A DNA stretch of 64,000 bases. Origin: a virus. Shown piece after piece: positions 20,467 through 31,314 of the stretch (position 1 is the stretch's first letter; each line of letters begins with the position of its first letter). The position numbers were made by a program, and so were the translations under genes. The notes under the pieces are model-generated. The model made no database searches and was not told where the DNA came from. It saw nothing but the letters and a program-made list of their open reading frames with translations. The stretch spans positions 1 through 64,000 of the IMG/VR virus record IMGVR_UViG_3300010158_000036; one strand, 5' to 3'.

Positions 20467-21851
20467 TAGAATTGAATTATGATTTTAATTTCTTCAGTTT
20501 GAGATTCGGATCTTGTAATGGCAGCACGGTTTTCAATGAATACGACTTCTCCAGAATTTGCCATATATTCTCCTGTACTACTTCCAAGAATTGTTGGAGT
20601 TAATGCAGAAGATCCCATGTAAATAGTTCTGTTTGTCGTGAGAGCCGTATTTCCATAATCACTCTTATTGTTTTGGTGATAATATAATTTATAAGTTAAC
20701 CCATCATAAATTAAAGTATCCACAATAATTTTAGTAGTCCCATTGATAGTTAATATATCTCCAGTAGAAACCGTAACAGTTCCAGATAAAGTTAGATATG
20801 GAAGTCCTCTCATGGATGCTCCATAGTTACTAATAACCCCATTCGGTAAAGGATTTTTTAGGAGAGAAATTTGACGATACGGAATATAAAATCCATCACC
20901 AGAAATTAAAGATTCTGCTTTTACTGAAATTGCTGCATACCATGCAGGAAGAATCTTATATGGATAGCAAGCAAATCCAACATCTGGGGCGATTTTTGCA
21001 ACAGATGCAAATCCAGAACCAGGAGTAGATCCAGATGAATCTAATGTAACAACTCCAGATATAACATTTACTAATCTTAAAGTTGTGAGATTTACAGATG
21101 TGGGAGTTAAGACAGTGATAGATCCAGATGAGATTGTTCCAGTTAATGCAATTGTTCCCGATGTAGCATCCGAAGTTGTATATGTATAGGTAAAGGCTGT
21201 ATCAATTCCTGCCCTATATCCAGAACCGCCATTGACAACACTAAATCCATAAAGTAATCCTCCTTGAGCAGCTTTACAAAGAGCAGCTTCTCCATCAGAA
21301 GTTTTATCAGTTGTTATGCTAATAAATTGATCAGTAATTACAGAATTTACGGAATTAACTGCAACCACATCAATTAAAATCCAAACATATCCATCACCAG
21401 AATTTGCAGAGTACGGTGCATATTTAGTTACATATGAAGGAATTGTAGAAGTTGCTGTATTTGGAGGAGCATATAGACATAGAAATATATTACCACTAAC
21501 AGTAACATAACATGGAAGATACGTTACATTATAATCATCTGTGGAAGAATAAAAACAATTATCATTAATAGGATCATATGCCTTATATCTCTTACCAGTT
21601 AAGAACTTATTATTAGGAATAACCTTTGTACCATTTGCAGCAGTAACTCCAATAAGGCTAATGAGATTACTTTTAATTTCTCGTTCATCTAAATAAGTTC
21701 CTAAAGGAGTTGGTACAGTGGTATCTACCTGTTCATCTGTAACCCATTTATCAGATTTGCCAAGACCAACATAGTATTGATTAACTCCTAGATCTGATAT
21801 AAAAGCAGATGTGTTATTACGCCGAAAGTTTTCTGTAATGATAGCAGACAT
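20466..21851 (-). CDS. gp8: Baseplate wedge subunit gp8-like
   Basis: MSAIITENFR, YYVGLGKSDKW, DGYVW, YRQISLLKNP and SGEVVFIENRAAITRSESQTEEIKIIIQF. Late promoter at 21857-21864. Confidence 0.9.
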   Translation of the reverse strand: MSAIITENFRRNNTSAFISDLGVNQYYVGLGKSDKWVTDEQVDTTVPTPLGTYLDEREIKSNLISLIGVTAANGTKVIPNNKFLTGKRYKAYDPINDNCFYSSTDDYNVTYLPCYVTVSGNIFLCLYAPPNTATSTIPSYVTKYAPYSANSGDGYVWILIDVVAVNSVNSVITDQFISITTDKTSDGEAALCKAAQGGLLYGFSVVNGGSGYRAGIDTAFTYTYTTSDATSGTIALTGTISSGSITVLTPTSVNLTTLRLVNVISGVVTLDSSGSTPGSGFASVAKIAPDVGFACYPYKILPAWYAAISVKAESLISGDGFYIPYRQISLLKNPLPNGVISNYGASMRGLPYLTLSGTVTVSTGDILTINGTTKIIVDTLIYDGLTYKLYYHQNNKSDYGNTALTTNRTIYMGSSALTPTILGSSTGEYMANSGEVVFIENRAAITRSESQTEEIKIIIQF

Positions 21852-21891
21852 GTTTATATTTATACGTATTTAATTGAGGTTTATCAAGAAA

Positions 21892-23433
21892 TTATAGACT
21901 TGCGACAAAATCGGCTTGAGTGCCAGATACATTTATATTAGATGTGTTAAATCGAGATCCTTGGGTTGTAACTCCCGTGATTATATTATTATGTATTTCT
22001 GGTATAAATGTATTAGTCAGTGTGGTTAATATCAGGATTGGGGTTGCTAGAATACCAGTGTTTATTACATTAATAGTATTATTGGTAATTTTCAAATTAG
22101 TACATATTAATGCTGAATTATTCTCTGTGGAGAATAGTATACCATAACCAGACCATCCGACCGCATCAGATGGTCCATTCATATATGGAGATATGTTAAA
22201 ATCATTCCCGGTAATTGTTATATTAGAATTGTTATGACCCCATGAAGCAAATCCTTGAATGACGTGCTCGGCTGTATTATTGATTATATTGAGATTGTTA
22301 ATATCAAATGCATCATTATGATATAAAGTTGTACAATTTTTAACATAACAATTGGTTATAGATGAACCATTATAAAGAGTAAATCCGTACATTTTGGGAT
22401 AATTATATTCCAATAAGCTAGTACCAGGCCATAATACCCATGAATCCCAAGAATCTGGCATGATAATTGATATATTATTACATTGTAAATTTTCTCCTGT
22501 AACAATAGTTACATACGGATTTGCTGGTCCAACTGATACAGGATTATCTATGAGAGAATTAGTAAAAGATGAATTGTATCCCCAAATTGGGAATACTTCA
22601 CCAACTCCCCCAGTTGTCCAATTGATAAAATGACAGTTATCCATTGTCCCATTATCCATAATCAAACATCTATATTCAGGACCTTCTATTCGAGACGATA
22701 CAGGTAGAGCGGTAAAATATGTTGGATGTATGGCAACTATATTATTAACTGAATTTGCATCTATAACAATACCTTTTAAAGTTGCTCCGTTAGAACATGT
22801 AATTACACATGGTGGTTCATAGTTTGTCCACGGAGCATTAATCATTTTAATAGTCGCACTTCTGCCAATACTAGCAGCAAGAGTTATTGGGCATGATATT
22901 ACTGTATTTCCTGTGGCATTATTTACTGTATATGTTCCCGCCCCCAATAAAACTGTATTGACATTTGGTAAATCTCCAGTAATATAAGAATCAATCGCTA
23001 CAACTCCTGCATGATCAACTGAACTACCATTATTGTAAATTACAGTAACGGTTTGTACTTTTGCTATGGCAGTTATAGTAATCGTGTAAGTAGTTGAAAT
23101 TGCTGCCAATGACGTGACTACGACATTAATAATATTATCACCAATTACCAAGGGAATTCTATTTGAAGTATGACCTGATTGTACTACATCTCCGTTAACC
23201 GTAATAACGGCACCTATATCATTTGAGGTGGGAGTAATAGTTATAGGAACAATATCATTGGTTACCACTGAAGTATATGAACTGGTTTCGGTAAAAAACC
23301 TTGGATACATCGTAGCATTATTTAATGACAAGCCTGACAATGTGGTAGCCTTTGATACTTTAGATACCACCCATCCAGAAGATAACGTTGTAGAATCTGA
23401 GGTTATAATAGAATTGTCGTAACTAGATATCAT
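21892..23433 (-). CDS. Cadherin-like domain plus right-handed beta-helix (pectin-lyase-like) protein; putative depolymerase
   Basis: N-terminal LSGLSL...RFFTETSSYT...VITVNG cadherin-like domain, then LGAGTY and an N/I-rich beta-helix ladder (NITITGNDF, LKITNNTI). Confidence 0.65.
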   Translation of the reverse strand: MISSYDNSIITSDSTTLSSGWVVSKVSKATTLSGLSLNNATMYPRFFTETSSYTSVVTNDIVPITITPTSNDIGAVITVNGDVVQSGHTSNRIPLVIGDNIINVVVTSLAAISTTYTITITAIAKVQTVTVIYNNGSSVDHAGVVAIDSYITGDLPNVNTVLLGAGTYTVNNATGNTVISCPITLAASIGRSATIKMINAPWTNYEPPCVITCSNGATLKGIVIDANSVNNIVAIHPTYFTALPVSSRIEGPEYRCLIMDNGTMDNCHFINWTTGGVGEVFPIWGYNSSFTNSLIDNPVSVGPANPYVTIVTGENLQCNNISIIMPDSWDSWVLWPGTSLLEYNYPKMYGFTLYNGSSITNCYVKNCTTLYHNDAFDINNLNIINNTAEHVIQGFASWGHNNSNITITGNDFNISPYMNGPSDAVGWSGYGILFSTENNSALICTNLKITNNTINVINTGILATPILILTTLTNTFIPEIHNNIITGVTTQGSRFNTSNINVSGTQADFVASL

Positions 23434-23434
23434 A

Positions 23435-25042
23435 TTATAAATTTGTTACTGTACTTAAGAAGAATGAAGTTACTTCATTATGTTGTATGATATTAACATA
23501 ACAAGATATATTGCTAAATTTGCAGACATTTATATTGCTATATGGTTCCATCGCTTGAGCAATAGTCATATCTCCATATCCTGCACATAATTGAGTACTA
23601 TCTAAGCTTCTTGCCCATGATTGATAATTCTCTCGCACAATTGAATCTCTACTATTATCACATAATTTCAATAAGCCTAATGTCATTAAAATCATTCTAA
23701 TTAAAGATTGATCTAATGTAGGATCTATTAAAGCTTTAGATAGAATTGTGTAAATTATGGCGCCAAGATTAATTCGACCTGGTTGATATTTTGGAGAATG
23801 ATAACCAATAACTGGAGGTTGAAGTAATTTATAACTCAAAAAATCTGCATTATTTTTGAATAGATTATAATCAATATAATTATACCATTCACTTTTTGCC
23901 AATAATTGTAGAAGTACGGCTGTAAATAATTTTAATCCCGCAGGATGCACTAATCTTAAATAATCATTAATCCATACATCACTACTATACGAAGACTTAA
24001 TTGAATATGAATATTTCTGCCAATAATGACCATCATGTAATTTGTAATTATCTGATGCAAATGATTTATGATTTGAATATTTCCATAATTTCTTTGTGTC
24101 ATTAGCCAAAGACCAAACGGTAGGATTCAATGCTATAATTGAATATAGGTTCAAATGATTTGTATCATAGATGATATCGCCATAACTACTCCCAGGAATA
24201 GACTCAGCATGAATACTAAACCCATGTTGATATTTGAATGGTCTCAAATTATCTATAGATTTATATACAACATCTGAATCGTTATATACTAAGGCATCAA
24301 CCACATTTCCCCAAACAGCTTCATCTGGCCAGGCTGCATCTATTATTGTTATATTTTGTAAATTATCATATGTAAATATCCAACCACGAACCTTTGTATA
24401 ATAATCGTAATAAATTGATTCATATCTTTCAATGAATGGGATATTATATAATTCAGGATTCTTGGCTTCATATGACCATACATTATCACGAAAGTATTTT
24501 AGATATACAGTAAGTTCTCCATTGGGCCCGATTGGCGAATCTGAAGATACTACCATTGTTTCTTTATTCGGATTAGTCAAACAAAGATTTGCATGAGTAA
24601 GATCCTGAATGCTACCCCATTGACCAGAACCAGCTGATAAATCGAATAGATAATCTCTAGGATAAAATATGCTTACAGTTTCATCATAGAATAATTTAAA
24701 GAATGCATATATAGAATCATCTGATCCTCGGGTATTATAATATTGCAGAACTATTTTATACAGAGTAACTTTACTTAAAGATGAAGTATTAGGTATTGTT
24801 CGAGCAATTAAACTTTGAATACTTGTCAAATACTTGTCAGATGCTATATCAATATCTTTATCGGAAGTAATATTTGATATTTCATATGAAGGTAATCCTA
24901 CGGAATTGATATGTTCATAATATCTTTCAATGAAACTAATAAGAGTGGATGAAGATTCTCGAAGATTCTCTGGATACAGACCCGAAACTTTTCTGGATTC
25001 TATATTTCTAGGAGCCGCTGAATTTGCTACACTTAAAATCAT
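23435..25042 (-). CDS. gp7: Baseplate wedge initiator gp7-like
   Basis: FIERYYEH, YNTRGSDDSI..FFKLFY, KLHDGHYWQKYSY.IKS and LVHPAGLKLF. Lies directly after gp6. Confidence 0.75.
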   Translation of the reverse strand: MILSVANSAAPRNIESRKVSGLYPENLRESSSTLISFIERYYEHINSVGLPSYEISNITSDKDIDIASDKYLTSIQSLIARTIPNTSSLSKVTLYKIVLQYYNTRGSDDSIYAFFKLFYDETVSIFYPRDYLFDLSAGSGQWGSIQDLTHANLCLTNPNKETMVVSSDSPIGPNGELTVYLKYFRDNVWSYEAKNPELYNIPFIERYESIYYDYYTKVRGWIFTYDNLQNITIIDAAWPDEAVWGNVVDALVYNDSDVVYKSIDNLRPFKYQHGFSIHAESIPGSSYGDIIYDTNHLNLYSIIALNPTVWSLANDTKKLWKYSNHKSFASDNYKLHDGHYWQKYSYSIKSSYSSDVWINDYLRLVHPAGLKLFTAVLLQLLAKSEWYNYIDYNLFKNNADFLSYKLLQPPVIGYHSPKYQPGRINLGAIIYTILSKALIDPTLDQSLIRMILMTLGLLKLCDNSRDSIVRENYQSWARSLDSTQLCAGYGDMTIAQAMEPYSNINVCKFSNISCYVNIIQHNEVTSFFLSTVTNL

Positions 25043-25045
25043 TTA

Positions 25046-26944
25046 TTACCGATCTCGTTTAAATGTGTTATAATTGATGGATTGACTGATACCTCCAACC
25101 ACAATGGCATCAACTTCTCCATATACAGATATTCTATCTGTATTAATTTGAATTAGTTTATTACGAGCAGATGCAATATCATTTGATGCAGGAATAAGAT
25201 CAAGATAAACAGTTGTGTCAATATCTGCATCCAAATAATCAAGTTCAACGATTCCCGCCGTAATATCAATGGAACCTACGTTGTTGTTATATACAAGTTG
25301 AGTTCCATCTGATGCAATACTATAACTGTAAATGATTCGTTTATTGGAATTGCTTGGATTTAGAATATCTCCAAGATAATATGTAACACCTTTATATGTC
25401 CATCCAGAAGACTTTATAATAACCACATCATTTTCTGGATTAAGTTGCATCCCATATTTCAAGGTGAGAATAGTAGGAGATCCTGCAACAATAGTAAATG
25501 TTTTTGAAACATAAACCCGAACCAATGAATTAAGAATAGCTGGAGAACTAGTATCAATAGTTTTTGATAATAAAGAATGACGAAATACACCATCAAATGA
25601 TCGGAGATATTGAGAATTAAAATCAATGACTGTTTGTTTAACAGCACTTTCCATTTGTATTGCCGATAGTGTTGTTTGATTTTTGTTATATTTAAACATC
25701 ACATCGAGAATAATATCAACATAATCATAATTTATAATTTGAGGTAGAATTGAAAGTACTTTCTTACCAGATAGAATATTGAGTACTTGTGATCTATCCT
25801 CATCAGTCAATTGAGATAATACACCAGAACGTACATTAGATTTTGCAATAGATATGAATACCTGACCATAATAAGGAGGATTATTTTCTTCTCCACCCCA
25901 TACTGCAATAGTTTGAGCAGTCGGAAAATCTCTCTTAATGATAGCTTTATAATCATCTGCAGTGACGGCCCGATTTTGAGCAATAAAATTTAAAGGAGCA
26001 TTAAACTTGATACTACTGATACTTTCATTATATGAACCTCCTGTTGCGAATAAACTGTTTCCATTAGTATCAGTTGCAGATGTTACGTTATATTGTGGAG
26101 CATTCTTTAAATCTGAAATCAAATTCATGGTAAATCCTGTACCATATCCGGCTCCATTTACAATAGGACCTTCAGTGACAAGATAACTCAATTGTAATAC
26201 ACCGAGGTTATCTGGAACTTTTCCAAAGGTTGTACCATTACCAAAACTAATAAAATAATTTCCATTATAATTTTCAGAGATAAAGTATATCTGAGAAGAA
26301 CCATCTATATTAGCAACTTGCTCAAACCTATTATATACATCAAACAAACCTGCTCCCGTAGGATATACTAGTACTTTAAGAGTAGAAATATCAATATTCT
26401 TATCATTAATTATATATTGATTATTATTTTGAAGATTATTAATCTGAATATTAGTAGTAATTAAAGCTCCCTGATATATATTAGCAATTCCCGAATATAC
26501 ACCATTATTTAATGTTAAAACGACATCGTCAAGATTCACAAATTCATATGAAACTTTATTGATATATGTATTAAAAATTGTATATGCTGGAACAATAATT
26601 GTTGTAGATGAATCTATATCTGCGGAATAATTACGAGATATATTGATTGTAGCTTTAGCGGCAGTATAACTATTTGGGGTATAACCTATAAGCTTTGCAC
26701 AAGATACTACGTTTTGTCTAAGTTGGGCAGAATCAATAAAACTTTCGTTGACTGCCATATGAGCAAGTACAGCATTATAATGAGTATTATGAGAAAGCAA
26801 ATCTATCAAAGTATTTAAACCGGATCCAGAATAATTCCAATCTTTGAACGGAGAATCCGACGCAGTAAAATATGCGATTAGATTCATCTTAATCTGATCG
26901 AAATCTAATTCTGTTACATTGATTCTTTGACTTGGATTTGCCAT
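25046..26944 (-). CDS. gp6: Baseplate wedge subunit gp6
   Basis: ELDFDQIK, FKDWNYSGSGLNTLIDLL, NESFIDSAQLR, QNRAVTADDY and VWGGEEN. Confidence 0.95.
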   Translation of the reverse strand: MANPSQRINVTELDFDQIKMNLIAYFTASDSPFKDWNYSGSGLNTLIDLLSHNTHYNAVLAHMAVNESFIDSAQLRQNVVSCAKLIGYTPNSYTAAKATINISRNYSADIDSSTTIIVPAYTIFNTYINKVSYEFVNLDDVVLTLNNGVYSGIANIYQGALITTNIQINNLQNNNQYIINDKNIDISTLKVLVYPTGAGLFDVYNRFEQVANIDGSSQIYFISENYNGNYFISFGNGTTFGKVPDNLGVLQLSYLVTEGPIVNGAGYGTGFTMNLISDLKNAPQYNVTSATDTNGNSLFATGGSYNESISSIKFNAPLNFIAQNRAVTADDYKAIIKRDFPTAQTIAVWGGEENNPPYYGQVFISIAKSNVRSGVLSQLTDEDRSQVLNILSGKKVLSILPQIINYDYVDIILDVMFKYNKNQTTLSAIQMESAVKQTVIDFNSQYLRSFDGVFRHSLLSKTIDTSSPAILNSLVRVYVSKTFTIVAGSPTILTLKYGMQLNPENDVVIIKSSGWTYKGVTYYLGDILNPSNSNKRIIYSYSIASDGTQLVYNNNVGSIDITAGIVELDYLDADIDTTVYLDLIPASNDIASARNKLIQINTDRISVYGEVDAIVVGGISQSINYNTFKRDR

Positions 26945-27376
26945 TTATCTGATTCTGTTGAGGTAAAATGTTACATCTGCAACCACATCATAGGATGTTA
27001 AAAATGTTACAGTGACTTGATATGCATTTCTAATAGAATTATCTATAACTTGGACAGTTATTTCGGATACTCTAGGTTCATATTTTTTTATGAGATTTTC
27101 AATAGCATCTTTTAAGGCGAATGCTGTAAATGGATTAGCATTTTCAAATAATAAAGATCTAAGACCAGATCCTAATTGAGCTTGAAATGGTCTTTCATGA
27201 TGATTAGTTAATACTAAATTTCGTATAGATGATCTAATTGCATCGAGATCAATAATAGGAAGAATATCATTATATACTGGATGTATAGTAAAGCTTGGAT
27301 CCATATCACTATAAAGAAAATTACGTGATACGACACTTGCGCGTCCATCACTGTAATCCGATAAAATCCTACTCAT
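26945..27376 (-). CDS. gp25: Baseplate wedge subunit gp25
   Basis: YSDMD.SF..HP, AIRSSIRNLVLT...ERPF...GS.LRSLLFE and YEPRV. Late promoter at 27383-27390. Confidence 0.95.
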   Translation of the reverse strand: MSRILSDYSDGRASVVSRNFLYSDMDPSFTIHPVYNDILPIIDLDAIRSSIRNLVLTNHHERPFQAQLGSGLRSLLFENANPFTAFALKDAIENLIKKYEPRVSEITVQVIDNSIRNAYQVTVTFLTSYDVVADVTFYLNRIR

Positions 27377-27408
27377 ATATTATATTTATACAAGAAGATT
27401 TTGAGTTT

Positions 27409-29466
27409 CTAAACATTTGTAGTTGCTCCGTTAGTTGCTGTAGCTTCAGAAGCATATAATTTGTGAGCAGATTTATAATTTGAATTTATTTGAGTTCCTA
27501 AAGAAACAACAAAGGCCTGTACTTTATCAATTCCTGGACTTGGATATAATCTATGATTTGTAGTAAATATATCAGGGTGATGATAAGTATTGCTACCAGT
27601 TCCCGTTCCTGTATATGCTCCAGTATCTGTTACTGTATATTGGCCAGATGTGGTTTTACCTGCTGGATTATATGGAGTTCCGTCGGGATTTTTTAAGGCT
27701 ATTACTGAACCACCTGGCCAACGAGTACTAGCTATAGTTAGACCGTCTCTTAGAATTCCATATGCTCCTCTGTCACCATCTCTAGTTCCTTCTAGCTGAA
27801 CTTTACCTGATCTTAATTCTGCGGCAGTTGTAGGATCATCGCTTGCAGGGCCATAAGTAGTACATCCAACATTTTCAACTCCTCGAGTAGGTACTAGAAC
27901 ATTCTTCATAAAGTATGCTCGAATTACATTAGTATTTTTCCCAATTTCTAACTTACCGCGTGTAATCCGTCTATTAAAATCCATCATAAGTTCGGCGGAC
28001 CATTCTCCATGAGATTTCTCTATTCGTAATGCATTATCAATATATTTCTGTTGTAGAATAGCATCTTTTGATGAATCTGTTGTAATCTTTATATCATCAT
28101 GATATGAATAGATTAATGTTGTCACAGCCGTTATCATCACCATGTAATTGGAGAAAGGTTTAGTTATATCTCCACCCTCCTCAATTTTTTTCAACTCAGT
28201 CATCTTGGGAGTATCTTTTGCGACTGCGCCTCTTAACCCTTCCAAGAAGGTATCATATGAATTCTTGACATTATTAGATGCTGGATTAAATATCGGCATT
28301 GGTGTGGGAGTGACAATCTTGGGTTGTAATGTGGGGTTAGATTTGATTCTTCCTGGAGAAGGTAGTCCAAACACACCGTAATCTTGTTTGTTACACACAT
28401 TATTAATATCCTTTAATATTTCAGTAATCCCAGGAATATTTGGGAATTGTTTTTCAAGAGCATGAATTTGATCATTAATATTCGCATATACTCCCGATGA
28501 AGCTAGTACAGCGTCAAGAAAACTTAAAGGATTACTTCTAATATCCTGAATTGACACAATTATAGCCTCCGCTTCCTCAATCATATTAACAATCTGTGAA
28601 ATTAGATTAGAAATACCAAGCCCTGGAATATATGCTAATAATAAACTCAATGCTTTTGCAGCAACAGCTTCCATTAATTTTTCTGGAAGAGATTTTGCAC
28701 AATCAGAAATAGACGCTATAGTTGAAATTGCACTAATCTGTGGAACATCCAACCGATATAAAAGAGTTTCTGTAATGAAACCAGATGGATCTTTAAGAGA
28801 TGCTTTACCTTCTGGAGTTAACAATCCAGTTTTAAAATTAAGTTGTTCTGCTATTGCGCCCGTATCCATTGCTATAGTATGAGTTGCAATCACAGGAGTT
28901 GTAGATTTATAATTCTGATCTACAACCATTACAGAAACTTGGTATGTTCCAGGATCAGATGGTGCGATTAAAGATCCATTGTATGTTACAATACAATCTA
29001 AATTTGGTGGGTTGGTAATTATAGTTGCGACCGGAGAAAGTCCATTATATATAAAAGTTTCATCGTTCAAAGTAATAGTTGCAATACCTTTATCAATAGA
29101 TAAAGACTTTGAGGTATTTACAATGCCAACATCTGACCTTTTGACATCACTTGGATCCCATTTGGATGTAAAATATCCAACCATAGGACTTGTCCCACCC
29201 AAAGGATTAGGTGATAATGAAGCTTCGACACGAATATCATATTTTCCTATATTAGTGGGAATAGTCGTACTTGATGTATTATCATTAGAAATGTAAGTTA
29301 CTGTATATGTTATAGATAACAATGATACAGGATGGTATATATCATCAAGACCAGAATTATCAGTATAATACCCAACAGTATTTAAAACAACTCCTGGAAA
29401 TGATCCAAATGTTGTCTTGAGATTATCTGTAAGAGTTATATAAAGAAAATTTGGAAGATGTATCAT
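27409..29466 (-). CDS. Baseplate-associated protein with MBG/Ig-like domains and a C-terminal 3D/double-psi-barrel-like domain
   Basis: MBG-like TFIYNG...VTYNGSLIAPSDPGTYQV...DQNY. C-terminal CTTYG...TIASTRWPGGSVI...TVTDTG...HPDIF pattern resembles 3D cell-wall hydrolase domains. Confidence 0.55.
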   Translation of the reverse strand: MIHLPNFLYITLTDNLKTTFGSFPGVVLNTVGYYTDNSGLDDIYHPVSLLSITYTVTYISNDNTSSTTIPTNIGKYDIRVEASLSPNPLGGTSPMVGYFTSKWDPSDVKRSDVGIVNTSKSLSIDKGIATITLNDETFIYNGLSPVATIITNPPNLDCIVTYNGSLIAPSDPGTYQVSVMVVDQNYKSTTPVIATHTIAMDTGAIAEQLNFKTGLLTPEGKASLKDPSGFITETLLYRLDVPQISAISTIASISDCAKSLPEKLMEAVAAKALSLLLAYIPGLGISNLISQIVNMIEEAEAIIVSIQDIRSNPLSFLDAVLASSGVYANINDQIHALEKQFPNIPGITEILKDINNVCNKQDYGVFGLPSPGRIKSNPTLQPKIVTPTPMPIFNPASNNVKNSYDTFLEGLRGAVAKDTPKMTELKKIEEGGDITKPFSNYMVMITAVTTLIYSYHDDIKITTDSSKDAILQQKYIDNALRIEKSHGEWSAELMMDFNRRITRGKLEIGKNTNVIRAYFMKNVLVPTRGVENVGCTTYGPASDDPTTAAELRSGKVQLEGTRDGDRGAYGILRDGLTIASTRWPGGSVIALKNPDGTPYNPAGKTTSGQYTVTDTGAYTGTGTGSNTYHHPDIFTTNHRLYPSPGIDKVQAFVVSLGTQINSNYKSAHKLYASEATATNGATTNV

Positions 29467-30293
29467 ATAATCGGAGGAGCTGATGGAATTTCAGATGTTA
29501 GATGAATATGAGATGATAATGTTACTGGTCCGGTTAGAGTACTCATAGTATCAAGACATTCTACAAATGCATTAGGAGCAAGTATTGAAGGAGTTTTTGC
29601 GAAAAATACTGGAGTTAATGCAGTGATAGTTCCAACAGCAGTTATATTACAAGTTGATAATGAATCTATTCCAATTAATGATCCTCCAATAGAAACCTTA
29701 CCAGACGAATTAAGTGATGTTCCAGAAGGCCCTCCAGTAATATGAGCCGATCCAGTCGAGGTCATATTATAATCTCCTTTGATAATAGATGTATATCCAG
29801 AAGATACCGTTTCAGAAACTTTACCATGAACCGTATGAGTAAAATCTTTACTTTCCGTGATCTGTTTACCTTTAATCTTTTCAGATGCATCTCCTACAAC
29901 CTCAAGAATATAATTACCATCAACATGAAGACTATAATCTCCATGAACTGTTGTATGCATTTCCTCAGTTTCAATCTCTAACTTCTTACAATGAAGTTTA
30001 ACACTCTGTTCCATTGTGACATGCGCATTTCCTTTAATATGAATATGACCATCTCTGATAACCATTATCCAAGAATCACCTTGGATATCAATGATAGAAG
30101 TACCATCGGCTATAATTGTTTTTGATGTACCCGATTTATGATGTTCTGCAATTCGTTCATGTCCAGGTGTGTCATCAACTTCAAAAACATGACCACCCTT
30201 AGTTTGAGTTACAGAATTAAAAGTATATTGAGAATCCTCTGTGGGTACAGGAGGATTCCATAGATTCGTAAACTGAAATTCATTTGTTGCCAT
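29463..30293 (-). CDS. gp5 C-terminal part (trimeric beta-helix spike)
   Basis: QYTFNSV.QTKGGHVFEVDDTPGHERIAEHHKSGT and VxGDxxxx beta-helix repeats. Ends in HIH. Confidence 0.85.
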   Translation of the reverse strand: MATNEFQFTNLWNPPVPTEDSQYTFNSVTQTKGGHVFEVDDTPGHERIAEHHKSGTSKTIIADGTSIIDIQGDSWIMVIRDGHIHIKGNAHVTMEQSVKLHCKKLEIETEEMHTTVHGDYSLHVDGNYILEVVGDASEKIKGKQITESKDFTHTVHGKVSETVSSGYTSIIKGDYNMTSTGSAHITGGPSGTSLNSSGKVSIGGSLIGIDSLSTCNITAVGTITALTPVFFAKTPSILAPNAFVECLDTMSTLTGPVTLSSHIHLTSEIPSAPPII

Positions 30294-30294
30294 A

Positions 30295-31314
30295 CTATAC
30301 TAACATTGAAGATGAAGAACTCGTGGGAGATTTAATACGAAGAAGACTTCTAACACTACTCATTGCTGTATCTTTAAGAATAACACCTTCAACTCCATTT
30401 GATATTGAATTCCCTTGAATTAATTGGAAACCTTTTTCTGTTTGTTTTACTACAATAGCTGCATGAGAAAATGAAAATATAACAATATCTCCTGGCTGAG
30501 CTTCTCTAGGATTTTTAATAATCTGTACTAAAGCTGGATTTGATGCAGCCCAATCTGTTTCTAATCCAAAAGCAGATGCTGTCTTTGGTCTATGTTTTTC
30601 ATCAATAATTCCACTTTGTTGAACACACCAACAAACAAAGGCAGCACACCATGCTTGCCCATAACCAGAAGTATCTGAACTTGTTGCAGTCCAGTATTTT
30701 TCAATTCCAGGTCCTCTATTATCATGATTAGGTTCCACAACTCCTATTTGTGTTAAACCCACATTTGCTATTGCAGAAGCAGGACCAGTCGCAACTGGAA
30801 CTGGATCGTTAGAAGTTCCGGTTGTAGAAGTTGCGGTTGTATTTTTACCCGTAGGACTATATATACCAGAACTCGATAATGCCGATTGTTGAGCATTAGC
30901 AAATCCAGGATTATTTCCATTAGTATATGCAAGAGATCCTGCTGGAGCATCTGGTCCCGATCTTAAAGGATAGGTTCCCATGGGATCTTGAAATCCAATA
31001 GCCGATGGTCTACCACTAAATCCAGTTGATGAAGATGCTCCGGGAATTGTTCCTATAATAACGGGATCTTGCAATTCAGCATCTCTAAAGAATCCAAAAA
31101 CCCATGTTCCTGCACTCATGGAATGATTCAAGCCAATACCACAAATACTCGCAGAAGTTGTTGGAAGTATTACAGTTGCCCATGGCAAATCTTGACTGGG
31201 AAGTAAAGTTAAATCTGGTGTATGATATCCCATACACCTCACCTGAGCACGTCCTAGCTGAAGAGGATCATTAGTACTTTCGACAACACCTGTAAACCAA
31301 TGAGAAATTTTCAT
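30295..31314 (-). CDS. gp5: gp5 N-terminal part: OB-fold plus CHAP peptidoglycan hydrolase
   Basis: WFTGVVES.NDPLQLGRAQVRC.GYHT...DLPWA...GTWVFGFFRD...QDP.IIG (gp5 OB-fold). AWCAAFVCWC...PGDIVIF..SHAAIV...IQGN (CHAP Cys/His). Confidence 0.9.
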   Translation of the reverse strand: MKISHWFTGVVESTNDPLQLGRAQVRCMGYHTPDLTLLPSQDLPWATVILPTTSASICGIGLNHSMSAGTWVFGFFRDAELQDPVIIGTIPGASSSTGFSGRPSAIGFQDPMGTYPLRSGPDAPAGSLAYTNGNNPGFANAQQSALSSSGIYSPTGKNTTATSTTGTSNDPVPVATGPASAIANVGLTQIGVVEPNHDNRGPGIEKYWTATSSDTSGYGQAWCAAFVCWCVQQSGIIDEKHRPKTASAFGLETDWAASNPALVQIIKNPREAQPGDIVIFSFSHAAIVVKQTEKGFQLIQGNSISNGVEGVILKDTAMSSVRSLLRIKSPTSSSSSMLV

